Shown: positions 38,501 through 50,387 of the stretch, piece by piece
How the letters are laid out: each line of letters starts with the position of its first letter
Numbering within the stretch: position 1 is the stretch's first letter
Source of the DNA: Tubulanus polymorphus
Taxonomy: Eukaryota > Animalia > Nemertea
DNA length: 64,000 bases
Assembly (NCBI RefSeq): GCF_964204645.1
Contig: NC_134032.1
Coordinates: forward strand, 5,630,275 to 5,694,274
Direction of reading: 5' to 3'
Notes under the pieces: model-generated
Database searches by the model: none
What the model was told of the DNA's origin: nothing
The model's input: only the letters and a program-made list of their open reading frames with translations
Made by a program: the position numbers and the translations under genes

Positions 38501-41500
38501 CGCCAATTTGGTATTATTTAGTGATACTCTTCGGCCAATACATATTGGGTCCAAATGAAAAACATTAACCCTCTTAGTGCGGTGAACAATCAGTGATGAA
38601 CTTTTCTAGTGCACTGCAGTACAATGTATTGATACAGGCTAATTGATAATTACCCCTCGGCCGTTGGAGAGGAGAGATATTGTCAGATATGTACCCTTTT
38701 ACAATATTGCATTCTCATCATGACTCTTGCATTAACTATGTAAGTCTGGTTTTTTCTATTGAAAGATTGCAGCACCTGCTAAACATTGTGAAATATTAGT
38801 AACTAGTGATACACTGCACTATGGGGAAGACTCAATATAGCGGTATGCTTGATATAGCGTACAGTGCACTGGAGTGAAATTTTTCAGAATTTTCAAATCA
38901 TCTCTTCAGCATTTAGGCTATTAGTAAGTTAGAATTTCCTGAGTTCGGGCAGCGCTAGACCCGATGGTCTAGTTGTAGAGTGTTACACTAATAAACAAAT
39001 CACGACTTTATCACTTATTCTCTTTTATGTTTGAATCTTGAAATTTGTAAGCCATATAGGTATCATATAGTGTTTTCAAAAATAATGCCATAGTGGCATA
39101 ATATCCACTTCCTCGTAGGAATAACTGATGTCAAATTGCAAGATTTTTCATTTAATTTGCCATTCTTTTCGAAAAATGCGGATTTGGGTTTCAAACTTAC
39201 GTAAAACAACAAAAATAATGATTTGAATTAACGTATAGTTTCGTCCTAAAATCAGCGTCACTGAGCACAGTATATGAAACAATACAAGACCCTGCAACCA
39301 TCGCTCCTCCAGCCAATCAATCTAAAAAAATTATGAAGTACAACAACTTTTAGCCATATTTTCTGCCTCTGGGTGCCATTTGAATATAAGCCAAATTAAG
39401 AATGACATACAGGATAAGTTTCAGAGAATGTGAATTCTTCAAGTTAACTCTTTGATGAGTTGGGCCACCAAAATCATGTCCTTTTGGCCCCCTGAAATTT
39501 TGGTCCCTGAGTGCTCAGATTTGTCATGTTCATACGAGTTGCATATGAGCTATCCACGTTCCCCTCTCGACTCGTTACTGTCTCGACCCATTCCCATCTC
39601 GACCCTACCGTACAATAGCGCCAATTGCAGTCGACTCTTTGAATTAAAACACTACGATGCGTATCGTATTCGGTTTTCGCATGTGATAAATGGTTGAAGA
39701 ACGATAATCAGCGAAACTTCAATAATTTTTAGGACAACGTGTCCTAAGTACCGTCGTCCTGAAAATTGTTGAATTGTTGAATCACTATTGTTATCGTGAA
39801 ATCCATCACTCACATCGAACGATTACGTCCGTTTAACGCCACGTATGCGTCTGAAACTTTCACAGTCGCTTAAATATGAAACATAGAAGGTTGAGTTCGT
39901 ATATGGTGAATTTTTGTTACTTGGTTAACTAGATATTGCCGAAATAAAAAAACTGAAACTCTAAAGTAGCGCGCCCCAGTCAAGAAGTAAACCCGCGCTT
40001 AAAATAGTGCCACGCATACATTTTTGAAATAGCCCTTTACATAGGCCTATTCTCTGATTTAGTTCTTTATTGCCGTATATAGATATCGGGAAATTTATTT
40101 TGTCGTTTATTGCCCGAAAGTTCCGTATTTTCTTGGTGTGTGTGTCAGCGGATTAATTGAATGTTTACATTGGTGATATGGGCTAAAATACACGTGCTAC
40201 ATCGATTCAACATTAGCTGCTGTGTTGAATCGATACTCATTGTTCACGTGCGCTCTTTTAGTACATGCACAATATAGTTTTTACAGATCGCAGTACGTCG
40301 AGCAACGCTGAAAACTTTGTTACTATTACTAAGTAAAATGATTATCCATCATTGATTCTTGTAGACATTCACGTCAGCGATCCGTTTTTAGAGCCCGATT
40401 ATGTGTATTTAGCTTGCGGCACAGTGATGACAACGCGCGTCGATAACACTAGTTACAGTCCCGTCGGCAATATTGCCTTATACACGCGGCATTCACTGTG
40501 TATGTGTAACGCGTGTTACGGAGCGGGTTTGCTCGTAGGCTACAATCCACAAGCTCATTTTGTCAAAAAGGTCTTGAATTAGCAGAAATATTATTCACGA
40601 CTTTCACTATAAAATTATCCTATTGTGAAACCATTAAAAACCTTTAAGTCGGTAAACTTAATTTCGTCAGTAAGTAGTTTTAACCTCAACTGTGGCCGGT
40701 TTGGTTTCACGTTCGGATATTTTCACAAATATCCCATCCGATTATAAAAGCTTTAACCACCAACGATTAGGTAACTACTCATCAGTAACCGGCCTTCACC
40801 CTCATCGTAGTTGTTTTGTATCATTCTCCTGGATCTATCAAACATTTGTCAAGTCAAAGATTCCCATAATAGATCTTTCTAAGATATTATTTATGAATTC
40901 TAATGAGACTGCTGGTAAATATTTATTCTGTTCCACTTGGACGATCGTTAGACTAGCTCCAGGCCCTTAGGGTACAGCTAGCAGTTGACCATTGGTTCAG
41001 TCTGTGAACGGCTTCAAAACACCTGTGTTAACACATGGATGTGAAGCTTGTACCCCATGGACTGCATGGTCATTGGACTATGTCATGGGTTCTTGGTGAT
41101 TGTGCAGACAGCAGACTGTATACGGTGGTGATGGTAAGTATAACTCGATAGTATATGGATTAAACATGCAAAAATGATACCTTCGTTCCTCAACCCCTCT
41201 AATCGTATCTAAGGCAATATCAATCTATACCGACGAGGATTTTGTTGATCGAGCTTACATAGTTCGAGCCTAGTTTTCAAACTTGCAGGGATGCTAACTG
41301 CTCCGTTTTGCATTACATCTCTGTAATGGATTAAACTTGCATTGTATGTCGACTCTCAATTCTTTGTCTAATAGTGGCACTTCGTTTTGACCTGACTTGC
41401 AAACGTGTTTGAAAAGCACTACAGTGTGTAAGGCTTACCAACCAACCTAACTCGTCTTCACCCTGAGTTCCGAGTTTAAATTTCTATTCTCCGTCATCCT

Positions 41501-41755
41501 ATTAAAAAGTTTCTTTCCAGTTAGAAATTAATTAGATCTTTAAAACTTTTCATTGAAAAGATCGAATGAGGAAAACGCCTCCAATGTCAACAGAAGTAAA
41601 TAAATTGCCCATGGGCAAAGTGTGGTTTACCTTGAAAGCTAGAGCTAAAAACAAATTTTTCACCTTTGGGCTTTTTTACATGGAAACAATATCGCAAAAA
41701 AAAATCATCTACGTTGTGCACGGGAAATTTGTCAGCGTAGATTTCAAGAATTATT

Positions 41756-44433
41756 AGGGTTTTCTGTTACATCACAGAAAACCCTATTGAGATTCGCATG
41801 TTTCTTATTATCATTTTATGTCACACTATTTTCACTAAAAGAACTAAGGCTTTGTTACCTTGCCGCTTTTGTCGATACGATCCGTATGATATCATTCAGC
41901 TCACTGAGATCTACAAATACATCGCGTGTTTTTTCACGAATCATCGTTACAAAAGCACCGAACATCGAAAAACATCGAAAATTTAGCCCCATTCAATGGG
42001 GCGACATGTTTTTTGAGTCGTCATCCCGAAATCAACCCGCAGGCCGATTGTCACTACGATTATCAATTCAAGTATAAATAAACAAATTTATTGCCGCAAA
42101 CTTCACATTCAGCCGGGGTCTTCAAACAGTAATTTCAACAATAGCCCATTTTCCTCATCAAATCATATTACCGATACACAGGAAATTTACTACTTTAGAT
42201 TTAAAAGCACTGTCGAGCCGTAAACATCGACGAATCGACGTGTGTCACTACATCGTCGTTCCGGGGATCAGCTGCGAGTTTCTCCTCATCATGAGAATCA
42301 AATCGAGTACAAATTAATTCATTACTACCAGTGATTTGGCTGCGGGTTCCAAGGAGTTAGTTAAACAATACCTATTTTTCTTTACCAAATTAACTGTGTA
42401 TTTACTAAGATAAATCTTTAGTGTACCGGGGAGTCGTAGGCCTAAACTAAACACGCCGAAGAGATATAGCGGAGAAAAGCTGTTGTGTCGATGAGGTATC
42501 AAAATAAAAGAATATATTACTTAATTCGGCCGCGGGCTTCAACCTCTATATCAATACCATCAATACTCTATATTTCCTACAGTACATACCGATCATTGTC
42601 AAATGCACAAGGTATTTACTAAATACCAGTATATAACACATTCCTATCCGTATGCTGGACTCACACTTGACATTCGGAGTAATCGTTCGCTGTGGGGGAA
42701 AGGAGATCGTTCGCTGTGTCGCTTGAAGTGTTTATCGAGTTTCACGCGACCTTAAGGCTTTAGGCCTACCGGTACTGACCTTTACTGTCTCAAACAAACA
42801 CAGTATAATTGTTGCGTTTATTAACGGACTCATTGGATTGAACTTCAAAACAAAATTTACGATATTTAGGAGGGTTGTTATTCAATAGGCGTACGACCAA
42901 TCTGTCCAGATGTTAGGCCTACGCATATACATAGGCCTACATAGGCTAGTAGCCTCTATTAGGTTAATGCTAAGTTCACTGTAAAGGAGGAATCAGATTT
43001 ATTAAAATGCATGTTAATTAGTGATTAACTGGTTCTGACTTGCAACGATCAATCACAATTATCAATTTTATTGCCAAAAATGAAGATTTTTTTGAAAATT
43101 TCGTCTGAGCAGACAGCTTTATAAGCCAGACATTTCATTTGAGTTTTTTCATCATAAATGAAACTGGTATTTCATTAATTACTAATGACTTAAGCCGGGC
43201 GTAGGTCGGCCTTGCGACGGCTTGTGACTCACTGCGACGCCATTCACTACGACCGCCATCGACGATTGTGTCGCAACGACTCATCGACCTACACTCCCTT
43301 GCGACGGGTTGCGACAGTCAGCAACGCCAGTCACAAGGAGTCGCACGTGTTCTACTCTCTGGGACGCTACATGACTGTCACAACCGACCTACGCACTCTT
43401 GCCACTGGCAGAAACAAGTCGCACACAGTTGCTGACAATTGTATCGCAATCGACTTGCACTGAAACTTGCGATGCAACGCCAGGATCGCATCGTGTCAAA
43501 AGGCCGACCTACGTCCTGCTTTAAGTAACTGCGGAGCCCTAGAAATATCTTTTTTTCGTTCAAAAGACCTTTCGCTTGAAAATTCTTTCGTCAAAACAAA
43601 ATTTATTTCATTCGAACCAATAATATTCTGTTCGATTGAACCAATTTGAAAAAATCGTCAGAACAAAGTTGAACAAACTTTTTTTGTCGAAACGATAGGT
43701 TTTTCATTCGAACAATCATTCGATCGAACAGAATCGTTTTAATTTGAACAGAACTTTCTTGTCAGAACATTAAGTTTTTCGTTCGAACAAGTATATTGTA
43801 AAAAGTTTTTTCTCCGAACCAAAAGTATTAAGTATTTCGTTCAATCGAACAGAATTATTTTCATTCAAACATTCGTTCAAAAAAATTTTTTCGCTCAACC
43901 TAATTTTTTTGCCGGGACAAAAAGTTTTTCATTTCAACAATAACATAGCTTTTTATTCGAACACATTTTTTTGTCAGATGAAGAAAAGTTTTGGTTCAAA
44001 CAAAAAGCGTATTGTCCGATCAAGCAGAATCATTTTCATTCGAACAAGATTTTCTTGTCGGAACATTAAGTTTTTTGGTCGAACAGTGTGTTAAGGTCAT
44101 TTTGGAAATTTACTCGGTCTGGTATATTTTGGATCACTGTGTATGTCATTTGTCAGGACATTAAACAGAAGACGACTTAGGATACTTCCTTGCGTGACTC
44201 CACTAGTTAGACCGACTTATTCCAAGATGAGGCGTTCCGTTGATTTCAGCTACAAGTTTTCATTCAGAGATAACTGCTGAGCCATTTGGGCGACCTATCA
44301 TTGATACTGTTTCCTAATAGCCTGTGTAGTAATGGCTGATGTTGTGCCTTATAAAATGCTTTGTCGAAATCCACCGTTGAACAGGATTCTAAGACAGCAG
44401 AAAACCCGTTATCGCTGCTTTGCAGCTATATTT
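41756..44433 (+). mobile_element. Single copy of Helentron-like family H1 with both ends (no satellite; contains MITE Z at 43193-43520)
   Basis: AGGGTTTTCTG-ttacatca-CAGAAAACCCT 5' hairpin; CAGAAAACCC subTIR, GCTGC-TTT-GCAGC hairpin and TATATTT 3' end; inserted at TT without TSD relative to the empty site at about 19915-19945. Confidence 0.85.
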
Positions 44434-44735
44434 CTAAAATCATAACTTTGTCCAGAGCGTCATCTCTGTGTTAAAATTGAAACAGTACATTGAATATGTG
44501 CGCGCTTTTACATTACCAGCTTTAATACAGTCACTATTAGAATGAATGACAGCTTATTGGAACACTGCCAGTTTCTTGGAAACTTAAACTAGGCCACATG
44601 TCAAGGCATGTTTTCACACGATGCACACTAGAATTCAAACGTACGTAGCTCATAGTCGGTCGGCCGTTTTTATCAAAAATAAAATTTATTTCAATGAATC
44701 CCAGAAAAAAGTTTTCACTCAGTACCTCTGAAGTC

Positions 44736-45055
44736 CATCTTCACCCGTCAAGGGATTCGAACCCACTACGCTAAAGCTGTTCCCCGAACCCCTTGACCTC
44801 ACGAGTTGTTGGAGTCGTTACTAGCCGACCAGAATCCGGTCGTACCAATCACAGCGCAAACCGTCAGTAGACTTCTGTTGGGTTTCCCGTTAAATTGACC
44901 AATCAGCGAACGTTTTACTGAACCAGGAAGTATTTCGCAAATCGATATATGACGTCATGCGCAACAGCGCCAGTAATGAAATCACGCTTCAAGAGGCCAG
45001 GGGGCTGGTGGAAGCGAGTTCGGGAGTGATACCGGACCCCTGGCAAGCGAGGATG
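44736..45055. mobile_element. 320-bp MITE with 8-bp TSD (hAT- or P-like)
   Basis: CTGAAGTC at 44728-44735 and 45056-45063; imperfect TIR CATCTTCACCCGTCAAGGG / CCCTGGCAAGCGAGGATG; absent from the paralogous site near 19605-19625. Confidence 0.75.
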
Positions 45056-47754
45056 CTGAAGTCGGGTTGGTCGGGTTACGACAAACAGACCATTATTTTG
45101 GAATGGCCTAAAATTCATATGATGTCACATATCAGAGGGTGGCTGAATATTGGGTCTTGGAAACCTCTTCCAATGTTGGCCACGGAAGCTGAAATACCGG
45201 TACAGAAGAAATCGGCTATTAGATCGTTTTAAATCCTGGAATTTACCACTACAATACTCAGACCTCAACAGACCTTTTAGTTTGCTGCTTAGTATTTTCA
45301 GGTCACAAGAAATAACAATTTATTACAAATTCTATCGAACAGAAAACACAGCGCTCATCTTCTGCTACGATTATTCGGCCTATTTTCAAGTCAAACGTTC
45401 ACGCGTTACAGTATCACCGTAGTGTACTGTACGAGCTTGTGTATGTGTGGTGTAGCACTCCGTGTGCATGTGGAGGCCTAGTGTAAGTGAATATTCACTA
45501 ACACCTCAATGTCAATCAAAACAATCACCGGGTATTAAAATGAAACAATACCTATGGCAGATGAGTGAAATAATTACATCCTCACCAGCAATGAGCATTT
45601 GAAATCGGCACGTATACGGCACCTAGTCCATGAAACGTACGCCATTCTATAGCTTTCCCATAATTATTTTAGTAGCGCCGGAATGCGTTCAAGAGCGATC
45701 TGGGTATCTGAAAATACGACGGCAGGCATTCGTTCCCACATCCCTCGCTGCTTATGCCGCGCGCTATCCGGGTGACGAAGAATATCTTTTTTCCCGCCGC
45801 TACCGTATTTGACCTGGTCTTTACAAACGACGCAGTACGCCACACCACCTAAGTCTAACTTACGAATGTAGTTCGATAAGTAGTCCCCGTTACTTACACT
45901 CTATCCAGTGCCAGTTAAATTTATTTTTTATACCGCTGTCAATTGCCTTTATATCGGCCGACTCCCGACTGACAATCTTTCCGTGCAGGCTCATTTTGCA
46001 GACCGTCCCGCTTGACAGCTGCAGGCTGTTAGAAAGTTACAAAGCTGCGTGCCTCAGGACATAGCACGCACGTGGTAATAATTAAGATGATATTTATTAG
46101 ATATCATCTTAATTATTACCACGTGCATCTTCACATTGTTGGCCGTCAGCGGGACGATGTACAACGACGCGTAAAGATAATTGACTTTTAATTGGAAATG
46201 GCGTCACAACAGTGGCGCTCCGCCACCTACGCACGCACAAATACCACAACAAGCACACATATATACATTGTAGCAGAACGTCCTCGGAAACAGAGACCAA
46301 GATAAAATAACACAGAAGCCACGACGAGTACAAGCAAACGAACGCTTTTACGGTCCGTGCCATTACTGGTCGCCACGAGGAATTCTCACCCAATTTCCGG
46401 AATTGACATCGGCGATCCTAAATTCGGAATTCCGGATATTTCCGGAAAACTAGCATCTCTGTCGATTATACGTCGTTTAAGCCGAGAACCAATGAAACAA
46501 ATGCTCAAAAAAACATACCGCGATTTTACATGAATTGGCTCAATGCCAACATCATATCGCTGACAAAGGTAAACCAAAAATATGGATGCAAAATGAACAA
46601 TTTCCTGTCAAGATTTCCTCCCATATATATCTACTGTTAATAGTGTCACATGTGATAGTAGGATATCACAAGTCAGTATCATATAAAATAAAAGTTTTGA
46701 TTTTCGATTGAAAAAGTTTGTTAGTTTTTGTGAGGTCGCCGTGTGTGGAGCCAGCGGCCATTATCTTTTTAAACGTATCAGTTGCAAGACGTTTTTCTAT
46801 GATATATTGCAGAATAACCACACAAATACACTATCAATAACCCCAGAAACTATCCCAAGCCCATCGGCGAGTGCCTGTGAAGAGTTCTCCGATAATCTGG
46901 ACAATGCTGTCGCTTTGTATTAAATGATAATATTCACTGAATTCGGCAAGGAAAATCTCTCAAAGTGGTTTAGGCCTAAATTGTAGAAATAGTTGAATAT
47001 AATTAATTTTACCTGGTGCAAGATTGGAATCTAAGATCAACAAAAAAATCCTGCGGGTCCGAAATTAACTGTTTAGCAAAAATAGTCTGTCGCATTGTTC
47101 GATAGATGTTTTCAAATGTCCATGTATTGAAACTGTAATGTCGAATTAGCGAAAGATTTGTCTGGGTATGGTCCCCGATGCCTCTCCTTCCATTCACAGC
47201 AATTGAATCCTTATATATTTGTATTAATAAAATGATATTGCGGCATTTCGCTATGTCGCTATTTTTTGCTCAGTACCGTAACGAATAACGGATTTTGATT
47301 TTGCACGAAATTCAAATATGATGCAATCGCCAGAGTCCGTCACGTGACAGAAGGTCGCTTGTCCTTGCTGGTTGACTGCACAAGGAGAGCACCGAGGTTA
47401 AACAGGTACATACCACATTTTTTATGATTATGTTTGAACATGACCTAGGCCTACCGTATGCTTATTCTAGCTCAGTACCAACACGTAGAGATTGTGATGA
47501 AATCGATAATATTGCAAAGATTTCACATTATTAGCGTGATTGAGTGATGCACTCTAAACCAGCAAAGTTCCGGCTTTTCTGGTCCTTTCACTTAATAGAA
47601 AATCAATAAATTATATAATTTCATTCGTAACTTATGCTTACGCGACTGAGCATTCGTGACGGTACTGATTATGTATCTCAAAATCATAACTAAAGAGCAT
47701 ACCCGGTAGTTGTATTTTCAGGCTTTGCTGATTATCCATCAACCCACGAAGATA

Positions 47755-48830
47755 ATGCCACCGAAAGAAGCTCATCCACTCACCAACAAAGAGCGCCAAC
47801 AACGTAAACGGGACAAATCAAAATCAGACCCTGTAGCCTATGAGAGGTATTTACAGCAAGAAAGAGAACGGTATGCACGACAAGTGCAAAATCGGTTCGT
47901 GGAAACTTATTGGTGACAAGAATCCTAGAGAGCAAAGAATCCAGTGTCGTAAATGAATAAACAGCAGAGCGATCGGAAGAAACGTTTTGATGCGATTGCA
48001 CAAATTGCAACGCCGCCAACAAGCCCCAATTACGATCAAAATACGGTTTGTAGTTCAAACAGTAAACGTTGACGCAAAAAGGTCAAAAGAGATCGGTCTA
48101 AAGGGTACCAAACTATCGATGTTCTGGGGCAGATAATAACGAATGCTAACCGTAACTTAAAGCGTGTACAGAAACGATATGAACGAGAACCTTCTAAAAC
48201 AAAATCTGCAGGAAAATGCGACACGCCAGCCAAGTCTAAAAAGATAATCAACAGTGGAAAAAACAAAGAAATCCACAGACGTATTTTGTTTTCATTACGT
48301 ATGGAGAAAACAATCCGTGAAAAATACCGAAACCTGAAAACTCATCGCGAAAAACGTCTCGTCAGGAAATTATTTGAAAGGTCTTGCCTTCAAAAGTATT
48401 GACTCGGATTTTCAAAAATCTGCAAAAACATAGCGATGGAGAGGAAAATGCGACGAGATCGTCATTCAGATACTACACTGCAAGCGATTAAAGAGTTCTT
48501 CATTTGTGATGATAATAGTAGAATGTGTTCCGGAAAGAAAGACTTTGTAGCTAAGTTGAAAGTTTAAGAACAGAAAAGGCTGTCGGAATCAATTCTTAAT
48601 CTCAATTTCAAATTCAGTTACAAGAATCCAGACATCAGAGTATCCTACTCATTCTTTTGTAACCAAAAACCATTCTGGGTTTTGAAACCCACTGCAAGGG
48701 ACATGATACCTGCAAATGCCACACTCACGAGAACATCCAGCTGATGACAGAAAAGCTCTATAAACTGAAAGTTATCAATGAAAAGAATCCAGAAGAAATC
48801 CTTAAAGCTATCTGTTGTAGTTTAGACGCT
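47755..48830 (+). pseudogene. Degraded Sola2-like transposase N-terminal region
   Basis: Fragments across stops and frameshifts: MPPKEAHPLTNKERQQRKRDK..., IKEFLICDDNSRMCSGKKD (about 48487-48543), NPDIRVSYSFFCNQKPFWVLKP, TCKCHTHENIQL..KL..LKVI...ICC. Same architecture as the N-terminus of ORF 3-1292 (DISRVLPSK..ENPDVKIGLTKF...ETCECEYCQN). No catalytic core seen. Confidence 0.72.
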
Positions 48831-50387
48831 TAAGTTTAGACAGCACTTGCAAGGATCGTAGAATACCTTTGAGATATCGTAGGATATCTCAAAAGACCAG
48901 AAAATGCCAGGCAAATTACTCGTGAGTAAAATTGACTCACGATGATTTCATTGAAAAATGACCTTCCCATTCCTGACTGTGGTTTGTGAAAATATCCGAT
49001 CGTGAAACTAAACCACAGGCAGGTTACTGACTAGGCCTACTTAATAAGGTTCTTCTTTAACCCATCCGGGGAAATATGTCATTCCACCAAATTGTTTGCC
49101 CTGAAAAAGGAGAGCTTTACTGTCAGAAATTTAGTCGCATTTGTTCAGGTATCACAAACGTGTGTAAGTGCTTTAAGTCGACTCATCACCGGTTTCCAGG
49201 TTTTACATCAAGGGCATCAGCTCCTGAAATAGCACCAACAGTTCTTGGTTCTCTAGACCCACTCCAGTTACTCCAGTATTTCAGACGCGTAACGAATACA
49301 ATTACAAATGTAGTTAAAATTTAAGTTAAAACACCGTAAATAATGTGATGAAACATGTCTTTTTGGGGGGGAAATGTTTAATTTTCCAAGTGTCTGACAT
49401 CTTTTCCTTTTAATTGAGATTCTAGAAAGACATTTGGCCCATAAATAAAGCCAGGCACATAGGCCTACTAAATTTGAGCGTGCCTTGCAGTCATCGATGG
49501 TTTTCATCTGACGTCGTAACGTCCATAATGTAAAAATTGGTTCAGAATTTCTGATCGACACCGTTTGTTTTCAAAAATCATGGTCATATTTACTTCCGTT
49601 CCAGGCTGGTGCGGTACAGACGGATTTTGCCGATTTTTTCAGCTTAATCGAACGATTTAACAATCTCAAAGGCACTCAAATCTTTCTCAAACCACCCAGT
49701 CTAACGCAGAAATTCGTTATCTTTCAGAATAATCTTACTTGAAGCGGATTGGATTATCAATAACGAAGTTACGAACTGTTGTGTTGAAGTGACATACCTA
49801 TCGACCGATCTGACGGAGAGTTGTCTCCCTTGTTTTTTTATACATAGTACCTAGGCCTATAGGATACTGGGGTCAAAAATATTTTTCGTCAGGTCCCTGT
49901 GCCTGTGGACAGGAGGGAGACGGCGAGACCGGGAGTCGTGGCAGAGGGAATTAGGCCAATTGAAAATTAAATTTCAACCTACTTACAGATTTCAAAAATG
50001 TCCATAAACCCGTTATTTCTCCAACACCGACAGGGCGAGGCATCTTATGAAGCTAATGTAGGCCTAAAGGAATGCCAACGCACGTAAAGGGATTTGATAA
50101 CCAAACAGGAAATAAGCGTTCAAAATGTTGGATTTCCCAGTGGCAATTCTTCCGTGTTTAGAGTGACGCCAGGTGTCTGGGGAGCGAACTAAAGTAAAGG
50201 AATGTTCACAATCAAGTCACGTTTTGACTTTATCTGAGTGGTTCGAAGCCAGGAAAATCATAATGCCATTCATATTTCATCTAAAATATCTGCTCAGTCG
50301 AATTCAGTATTTCATTAAATTTAGAAAATCTGTGTCGTGAACAGATGGCGACACTTTGATATCGTTTGTAACATTGACCCTTCTTTA

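Larger units (their letters stand above)
41598..46578 (-). mobile_element. Third copy of family H2, heavily interrupted by nested insertions
   Basis: 3' hairpin TTGCCCATGGGCAA and TGGTTTACCTTG at 41605-41635; 5' end CAAAGGTAAACCAA at 46564-46577; 44434-45684 is the reverse complement of about 18985-19930. Confidence 0.8.

Noticed and set aside
44750-44765. GGGTTCGAATCCC B-box (minus strand) suggesting a tRNA or SINE
   Set aside because: No cloverleaf or convincing A-box; it lies in the terminal arm of a TIR element with an 8-bp TSD.
46620-49830. TIRs delimiting the second Sola2-like remnant
   Set aside because: No convincing inverted match between candidate left and right ends, so element boundaries were not called.
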